Assembly: GCA_041660065.1 (NCBI GenBank)
Contig: JBAZXC010000001.1
Coordinates: 328,535-392,534, forward strand
Direction: 5' to 3'
From: Parcubacteria group bacterium
GTDB taxonomy: Bacteria; Patescibacteriota; Minisyncoccia; Moranbacterales; GCA-2747515
Length of the DNA: 64,000 bases
Made by a program: the position numbers and the translations under genes. Below the pieces are notes generated by a model. It saw nothing but the letters and a program-made list of their open reading frames with translations. It searched no databases and was not told the DNA's origin. Positions 58,115-64,000 of the stretch are shown here, piece after piece; within the stretch, counting starts at the first letter, position 1; each line of letters starts with the position of its first letter.

Positions 58115-59170
58115 TTATCGATCATACAATTGACGCAGAACACGAAAGATACCGGATGCCATAAATCCTGCAGCTGATACATCATGCACACCACCATTTG
58201 TACGATGCATCTTTCCGCGAAAGATCGTATTTGTAAAACAGATCTTGGCAAATGGCTCACCATCAAACAATTTTTCTATCCACTGATTACTACATACCGG
58301 ATGCGTCACGAACAACATGATCATGGCGGAGCCCCACTGCAATAAATTTTTTGCTTGTTTATTGGCCGTAGTACCGGTTGTCACCTCATCATCGATCATG
58401 ATCATGATCGCATCTTTGATCCTTTCAGGTATTGCATAATACAAACGGTCATAACCATGTTTTGCAATGATCTGATCAATTTTTTCCTGAGCTGCTTCCA
58501 CGATCGCTACTTCATTGTTGTGACCACGATCCTTGATCTTGAACAAGACATCCACATCAAGAAGTCGTGCAAAAGCTATCGCTCGTGCAATCGCTCCTTC
58601 ATCCGGGGCAAAAACAAATGCTTTTTTATCTTCTCCTTTTTCCGGAAGAAAATCCTTGCACACACTTGCGAACGCTTCAGTATAATCAACTTCGCGAAAC
58701 ACAATGCCCACATCCTCACAATTTTTTCGTGTTTGATCAGAGTGGGGTGTGGCTACGATCAAATGGTCTACGCCATTTGCTTTCATCATCTCCATCAACC
58801 ACCTGTTCCGATGGATCTCATGAATTTTCTCCGGATGATCTTGACGGCGATAGTGCAAGAACGATGTCGCGATAATGATATGCTTTGCACCATAATGATA
58901 TTTTGCCGCCCAGCACAGTTGCAAAAGACGCATTGTTGTCTCAAAAGATTTGAGGCATTCATAGAAAACAATTGTTTTTCCACGGAGTTCGTCAAACTCA
59001 GGAAAAAAGTCTTTGATCTCACCATCATCGAAATATCCATATCTGATATGTCCTTTTTGCGGATCCTCCCGCAAATATTCACGCAATTTGAGACATATAC
59101 CCTCTACCAACGGATCATTATCCAACCCTGTAAAAATGATCACATCTCCCCAACGCTTACCTTGCTTCAT
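58115..59170 (-). CDS. Ribose-phosphate pyrophosphokinase-like phosphoribosyltransferase (divergent Prs)
   Basis: N-terminal F(D)DGE…RGK(T)IVF and PRTase-type MIDDEVTTGTT motif. Confidence 0.55.
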   Translation of the reverse strand: MKQGKRWGDVIIFTGLDNDPLVEGICLKLREYLREDPQKGHIRYGYFDDGEIKDFFPEFDELRGKTIVFYECLKSFETTMRLLQLCWAAKYHYGAKHIIIATSFLHYRRQDHPEKIHEIHRNRWLMEMMKANGVDHLIVATPHSDQTRKNCEDVGIVFREVDYTEAFASVCKDFLPEKGEDKKAFVFAPDEGAIARAIAFARLLDVDVLFKIKDRGHNNEVAIVEAAQEKIDQIIAKHGYDRLYYAIPERIKDAIMIMIDDEVTTGTTANKQAKNLLQWGSAMIMLFVTHPVCSNQWIEKLFDGEPFAKICFTNTIFRGKMHRTNGGVHDVSAAGFMASGIFRVLRQLYDR

Positions 59171-59333
59171 GCCACACCTCCTTAGGTACTTTATTTTTAG
59201 AATACGCTTTATTGTGTAAATGAACTATCTGTCCTGTCATCGTTTCATGATGCAGAAATAATGTCAAGATTCCTCCACAAAAAAAATAAAAACCCGATCT
59301 CATTTCTGAAACCGGGTGATAAAAGGAACTCCA

Positions 59334-60959
59334 TTAGAGACAAATCTGATCTTTGCCTTTGTCTTTTGCCTCATACATCAATTTGTCTGCGCGTTTCCTA
59401 AAAGCATCTTCATTCTCATTTGTTTTTGGATCATATTGCACTACACCACAGCTAAGCGTGATTTGCTCATCGCTGATACCTTCAATTTTTTTAGCCTTCA
59501 AGGCTGTAGCGATATGACAAGTAGCAACATATGCCTCGTCCTTTGTTGTTGCCGGGAAGATAATAAAAAATTCCTCTCCGCCAATCCGGCACGGAATATC
59601 ATTTGAACGGATATTCTCTTTTGTCACACTGGCAATCGCTTGCAACACACAATCACCTACACCATGACCATGATGATCGTTGATGATTTTGAAATCATCA
59701 ACGTCAAACATAACTGCAGAAAATGGAAGTCCATAGCGCTGAGAAAAATCAATTGCCTGCCTCAGTTCAAACTCAAAGTGACGACGATTGTACAGTTCCG
59801 TCAAAGGGTCTGTTGTGCTTAACCTGAGCAATTCTTCACGACTTTTTTTTAATGCCTTAATCATAGCATTCTGATTTGTGTTGTCCCGCAAAATCCCGAC
59901 GGATCCCCGTTTATCACCAATTGTCATCGGTGAAAGTGCCAATTGCACATCAACAGTGCTACCGTCTTCACGCAAGATCTTTTGATCAGTGATCCTGCCG
60001 ACAGCCGGTCCTTCGCCGGTACTAAGAAAACGTTCAATACCGGCAAGACACTGTGATCGACACGCCTCAGGAGCGAGAAGCTCGTGCAACGGTTGCCTGA
60101 TTGCTTGTTCTTTCGTATAACCAGTCAGACGTTCTGCAGCAGGATTGAAAAATGAGATGTTCTTGTCCGGATCCATCACAACGATCGCATCAAGTGCTGA
60201 TTGGGTAATGGCTCGCAAAAGTTCCTCACTTTTTTGCAAAGCCACCTGAGCAGATTTCAGTTCTGTGAGATCGACATCCACACACACCAACTCCAATTCT
60301 CCTTCATAATTTTCAAACAGCCAATGACTGGAGAAAACATTGACGAATGTGCCATCACTGCGCATGAGTTGTAATTCACTGGACGGGATCGGTATCCGCG
60401 TCTTCGCCATATCCTGTACGCACTGCCACACACCATCACGCATATCTGGTGGAATGATCAGATCCAACAAATTCTTCCCACAAACTTGTTCTCTTGTAAA
60501 TCCATAGAGCTTTAGGGCAGCCCCATTGAAATCGATCACTGTGCCATCCATTTTATAGATTTGAATGGCCATACAATCAATGTTCATAAGAAGCGTACGA
60601 TACCGCTCTTCACATCTTTTGAAACGTGTAATGTCTTCCGATACGATCACCGCACCCCATGGGAAAGCATTGATTGTGATATTCAAGATCTTGCCGTTGT
60701 ATGGACACTCGGGAAAATTTTTTAATCCACCTTCTGTGATATATTTCATCAATTCCGCACGCATGTCTGCAACAGTATGATTGGCCGCATAATCGATATA
60801 CATACGCATGCCTACTTCTGCAATGCGATCACTCGACCTTTGCTTGGCATCATTGACTGCGATAATTCTGCCTTCACGATCCACAATGATCATCTGAGCA
60901 GATGTATACCTAAATACATCCTCAAAAAAATCCGGGCTAAAAATTTTTTGTTTTTCCAT
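59334..60959 (-). CDS. PAS-domain (x3) diguanylate cyclase (GGDEF)
   Basis: C-terminal …RIGGEEFFIIF with RxxD upstream. Three PAS-like repeats sit N-terminally. Confidence 0.85.
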   Translation of the reverse strand: MEKQKIFSPDFFEDVFRYTSAQMIIVDREGRIIAVNDAKQRSSDRIAEVGMRMYIDYAANHTVADMRAELMKYITEGGLKNFPECPYNGKILNITINAFPWGAVIVSEDITRFKRCEERYRTLLMNIDCMAIQIYKMDGTVIDFNGAALKLYGFTREQVCGKNLLDLIIPPDMRDGVWQCVQDMAKTRIPIPSSELQLMRSDGTFVNVFSSHWLFENYEGELELVCVDVDLTELKSAQVALQKSEELLRAITQSALDAIVVMDPDKNISFFNPAAERLTGYTKEQAIRQPLHELLAPEACRSQCLAGIERFLSTGEGPAVGRITDQKILREDGSTVDVQLALSPMTIGDKRGSVGILRDNTNQNAMIKALKKSREELLRLSTTDPLTELYNRRHFEFELRQAIDFSQRYGLPFSAVMFDVDDFKIINDHHGHGVGDCVLQAIASVTKENIRSNDIPCRIGGEEFFIIFPATTKDEAYVATCHIATALKAKKIEGISDEQITLSCGVVQYDPKTNENEDAFRKRADKLMYEAKDKGKDQICL

Positions 60960-61107
60960 TGCTTCGAACCTCCCTTTTCCTTTTTATAAAGGCAATAAAT
61001 CGATTTTTTGATTATTCAATTTTTAATTTACAGCAATCAAAAATTATACTCTTTTTTGCAGTTTTGTCAAACCTGTGTCCAAATATATGGTCCAGATACC
61101 ATTGTGT

Positions 61108-61160
61108 CTTAAAAAAATAAAAGCGACCTATTTCTCATTGAGAAATAGGTCGCTTTTTAA
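61108..61160 (-). terminator. Rho-independent terminator (15-bp perfect stem)
   Basis: GCGACCTATTTCTCA-TTG-AGAAATAGGTCGC flanked by A-run/T-run. Confidence 0.7.
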
Positions 61161-61180
61161 ATTAATTGATCGATCGAATC

Positions 61181-62398
61181 TTACCATCTACCGGAAGATC
61201 CTCCGCCTCCAAATCTTCCGCCTCGGTCTGAAGATCCTATCCTGATATTACCCAGACCTCCCGTGCGTCCTGCAATGATCAAAAAAATAAGCAGTGGAGC
61301 GATAGATGCACATGCTAGAAAAATCCCAATCGGCCGCCTCAAATCTCGTACCAATAAGGCCACCATGCCAAAAATTCCCAAAAATGCAAGAAGTCCATAA
61401 AGCACCGAGCGATATTCATGCTCCGTAAAGATCATCCTCACGAAATCGATTCCCAGCATCACAGCTTTGAACTCAAACATTGCGGGAGGAAGATCACGTT
61501 CCGTCGGCAATCTGGGACTACCAGAAACAACTGGCAATGATGCATAGTCAGACACTTCCCCGGCATTGTGTATCGGTTTTCCATAAAAATCAGATTGTAC
61601 CCTCTGCACTTTCCCGATCATAAAATGAAGGGAGGGATTGGAAAGTAACAGCCAGCGAAATTCTTTCCATCGCTGACTCCTTTCCGAAAATAAATATCCA
61701 CCAATAAAACGATAATATTCCGTCTTTCCTATGCGATCTTTTTTGAGCAATTCACCAACTCCCAGCTTATAGTCGACATCCTCCTTCAAGTCAGGATATA
61801 TGTCACCCAAAGCAAACCGCTGCGCATGGCTGTAATAATCCCACTCATAATAGGATCCGCCATCTTTATCATCTCGATAATGATAGGTATAACGTTCTAC
61901 GATCACACGTTTGACGCTGGCCGTGTCCGTCACATACATGTCACCTTCCAACCATACATGTGTAAACATGATCGTACACATCCAGCCACCCAATAGCAGT
62001 CCGCAGATCGCAGGAATCATTGTCCGACGCTCTTCCCAAAAATTCAGCATCAACTCATCCAGTGTGTAACTAAACCAGCCGATGATCATTCCACCAATCA
62101 CAGCAATCGTCATCGAAATCCAATTGAAACCAAACTCCCATCCAAACGCACCAACAAAAAACACGGGAAACACGATGATCCCAACGATCGAACACCGCCG
62201 TTCATCGGTTCTACCATCCTCTCGGACAATGTGCTTGTTCATAAGAAAAATGCACCAACTCATCATCCCGATAAAAGGTCCAATGAAAAGAAGGCTCTTA
62301 AACACATGCGACTCGACCGACGTGATTTGCGGCGAATCACAGCCACTTAAAAATATCATCATCACAACTGCAACCGATACATTGATATATCTCCTCAT
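61181..62398 (-). CDS. Lipoprotein-signal membrane protein with C-terminal Gly-rich tail (DUF2207-like architecture)
   Basis: Lipobox FLSGC, multiple TM helices, C-terminus SSDRGGRFGGGGSSGRW. Confidence 0.45.
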   Translation of the reverse strand: MRRYINVSVAVVMMIFLSGCDSPQITSVESHVFKSLLFIGPFIGMMSWCIFLMNKHIVREDGRTDERRCSIVGIIVFPVFFVGAFGWEFGFNWISMTIAVIGGMIIGWFSYTLDELMLNFWEERRTMIPAICGLLLGGWMCTIMFTHVWLEGDMYVTDTASVKRVIVERYTYHYRDDKDGGSYYEWDYYSHAQRFALGDIYPDLKEDVDYKLGVGELLKKDRIGKTEYYRFIGGYLFSERSQRWKEFRWLLLSNPSLHFMIGKVQRVQSDFYGKPIHNAGEVSDYASLPVVSGSPRLPTERDLPPAMFEFKAVMLGIDFVRMIFTEHEYRSVLYGLLAFLGIFGMVALLVRDLRRPIGIFLACASIAPLLIFLIIAGRTGGLGNIRIGSSDRGGRFGGGGSSGRW

Positions 62399-62641
62399 GA
62401 CTCTTTCCTCCCTGAAATGGATCTCGATTCTCTTAGATAACGATAAATTCGATCTTTTTTATTATTTACTTGTTAAAAAAAACAACCTATATTTATAACA
62501 TACTATCAAATCATTGTCAATATCACTCGAATGGATCGAGATTTATTCTTCCCAATAAAAAAAGCTACCTAAGCCTTTTTTGTATATCTCGCCATTTTTT
62601 CATTCTTAAAGATAAACCTGATAATCCAAATGTATGGCAAA

Positions 62642-63490
62642 TCATCCAAATATTTTTTTTATAAAAGATTTCACGTATTTTCTTAGACCTCCCTTGCTTT
62701 TTTGACTCATTAATTCTTTCAATTGCGGGAGGATCATCTCCGTCGCATCTTCTCCTGCCACAATCAACTTTTCCCCATCCAAAAGCTGTGCCCACCGTGC
62801 ATCGCCAACGTGAGGATTGATAACTACGTCAGCATTTTTGACGTTTTGACGAGCAAGATTGTTTTGTAAAAGATCGATAGAGTTTTCAGCAATTTTATAA
62901 AAACCAAATTTATCGTCCTTGGTATTTTCACTGGCAAAGAAACCCGCATTCAAATTAACCGCTATGATCAATTCTGCTCCCATGTTTTTCAAAACATCCA
63001 CGGGAACAGGTTGGGATAGCCCTCCGTCAGCTAACACTTTTCCCTCCCAATGCACAGGATTAAAAACCAATGGCAATGAGATGCTCGCCCTGATCGCAGA
63101 AGAAACCTTGCCCTTCGTTATCACAACCGCATCCCCACTCTTAAAATTAGTCGCCACCACGGAAAGAGGTATCTTTAAATCATCAAAATGTACCTTGTCT
63201 ATGTTTTTTTCGATAAAATTTACCACCTTTTCGCCACCAAGCAACCCTTGGCTAAAAGACGGGTCCAGTAGTGAAAAAATCAACGTGCGATCAATCCCGA
63301 GAGCTATCTTTTCAATTTGTTTTATATCTTTCTTGTAAGCATAAAATCCACCGATCATTGCACCGATGCTTGTCCCGGCAATATAATCGATCGGAATGTT
63401 ATTTTCTTCCAGAACTTTGATCACACCAATATGCGCCAAGCCCCTAGGACCACCAGCACCCAAAGCCAAACCAATTTTAGGTCGTTTCAT
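62642..63490 (-). CDS. Patatin-like phospholipase
   Basis: GAGGPRG oxyanion motif, GTSIG (GxSxG) nucleophile elbow, and a later DGG. Confidence 0.85.
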   Translation of the reverse strand: MKRPKIGLALGAGGPRGLAHIGVIKVLEENNIPIDYIAGTSIGAMIGGFYAYKKDIKQIEKIALGIDRTLIFSLLDPSFSQGLLGGEKVVNFIEKNIDKVHFDDLKIPLSVVATNFKSGDAVVITKGKVSSAIRASISLPLVFNPVHWEGKVLADGGLSQPVPVDVLKNMGAELIIAVNLNAGFFASENTKDDKFGFYKIAENSIDLLQNNLARQNVKNADVVINPHVGDARWAQLLDGEKLIVAGEDATEMILPQLKELMSQKSKGGLRKYVKSFIKKIFG

Positions 63491-63557
63491 TTTTATTCGA
63501 AAAAATAAATTTATATCACTATTGTATCATGATTCCACGTTCTCATCTTGTGCATTT

Positions 63558-64000
63558 CTATGAAATGATAATATCAAAACCGGCCAACAGGGACATGACC
63601 TCCGGCGATGAAAATTTTGCTTTTGCAATTTTATTGGCAGTCGGATCTATATAATAGTTTACCGCTCCAACAAAATTTGCCTTGCTCAAATTAGCATTGT
63701 GGAATTTACTGCCTTTCAGATCAGAGTTTGCAAAATCAGATCCGGTGAGATCACTATCCACAAAATCAGTTTCATGGATCTCACATCCGACAAATGCAGA
63801 ATTTTTGATATCCAACATGCTAAAACTGCACAATTTTACCGCACAGTCATGAAATTTCCACGAAAGCAGAAACTTATTTATTTCACCAAAGACCACACCG
63901 CTTATTTTACATTCCGTGAATACAACATCGCAAAAACTGCAATTGACAATCTTTGAATTTGAGAAATTGCACCCATCAAAGACGCATTCGATAAATTTGG
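63558..64000 (-). CDS. Pentapeptide-repeat protein (N-terminus beyond window end)
   Basis: Tandem A(D/N)LSxA-type pentapeptides (DFVDSDLTGSDFANSDLKGSKFHNANLSKANF). The reading frame stays open upstream of the GTG at 63896 to position 64000. Confidence 0.7.
   Translation of the reverse strand, partial: KFIECVFDGCNFSNSKIVNCSFCDVVFTECKISGVVFGEINKFLLSWKFHDCAVKLCSFSMLDIKNSAFVGCEIHETDFVDSDLTGSDFANSDLKGSKFHNANLSKANFVGAVNYYIDPTANKIAKAKFSSPEVMSLLAGFDIIIS

Overview
This is a low-GC (~41%), densely coding bacterial chromosomal segment with about 72 protein genes and no rRNA or tRNA that I could detect. Most housekeeping genes lie on the minus strand. Recognisable core genes are lepA (3' end cut by the window start), tyrS, lysS, greA, hpf, murB/murC/murG/ftsW, trmD, rplL, rplJ, rpsP, priA, rlmN, rplA, rplK, nusG and secE. 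Synteny is unusual in two places. rpsP-rplJ-rplL-trmD-ftsW-murG-murC-murB form one co-directional block. secE-nusG-rplK-[GIY-YIG nuclease]-rplA-[dNMP kinase / dCMP deaminase / dNMP kinase] form another block about 13 kb away. A 61-aa SecE, many small hypothetical proteins, Nudix/HAD/HD/P-loop kinase salvage-type enzymes, rubrerythrin and a polyamine-synthesis fusion suggest an uncultivated anaerobe, possibly CPR/Parcubacteria-like; this is inference only. Accessory content is as follows. (1) A PIN/Phd toxin-antitoxin pair. (2) A 3.2-6.8 kb island of two P-loop kinases and a frameshifted HD hydrolase, embedded in a family of ~150-bp promoter-bearing repeats with a palindromic, possibly structured-RNA module. 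(3) A DUF4143-type AAA ATPase cassette bounded by ~160-bp direct repeats and CT-rich inverted arms. (4) A multi-TM sensor histidine kinase preceded by four tandem paralogs of an unrecognised ~255-aa protein family; this is the best candidate for an undescribed system. (5) Two Nudix genes flanked by ~105-bp direct repeats. (6) A Fic protein whose catalytic His is replaced by Gln. (7) A 2xDUF1566 + M23 secreted protein. (8) An AdoMetDC-spermidine synthase fusion next to a second aminopropyltransferase. (9) A PAS-GGDEF cyclase, a patatin-like lipase and a pentapeptide-repeat protein (cut by the window end).
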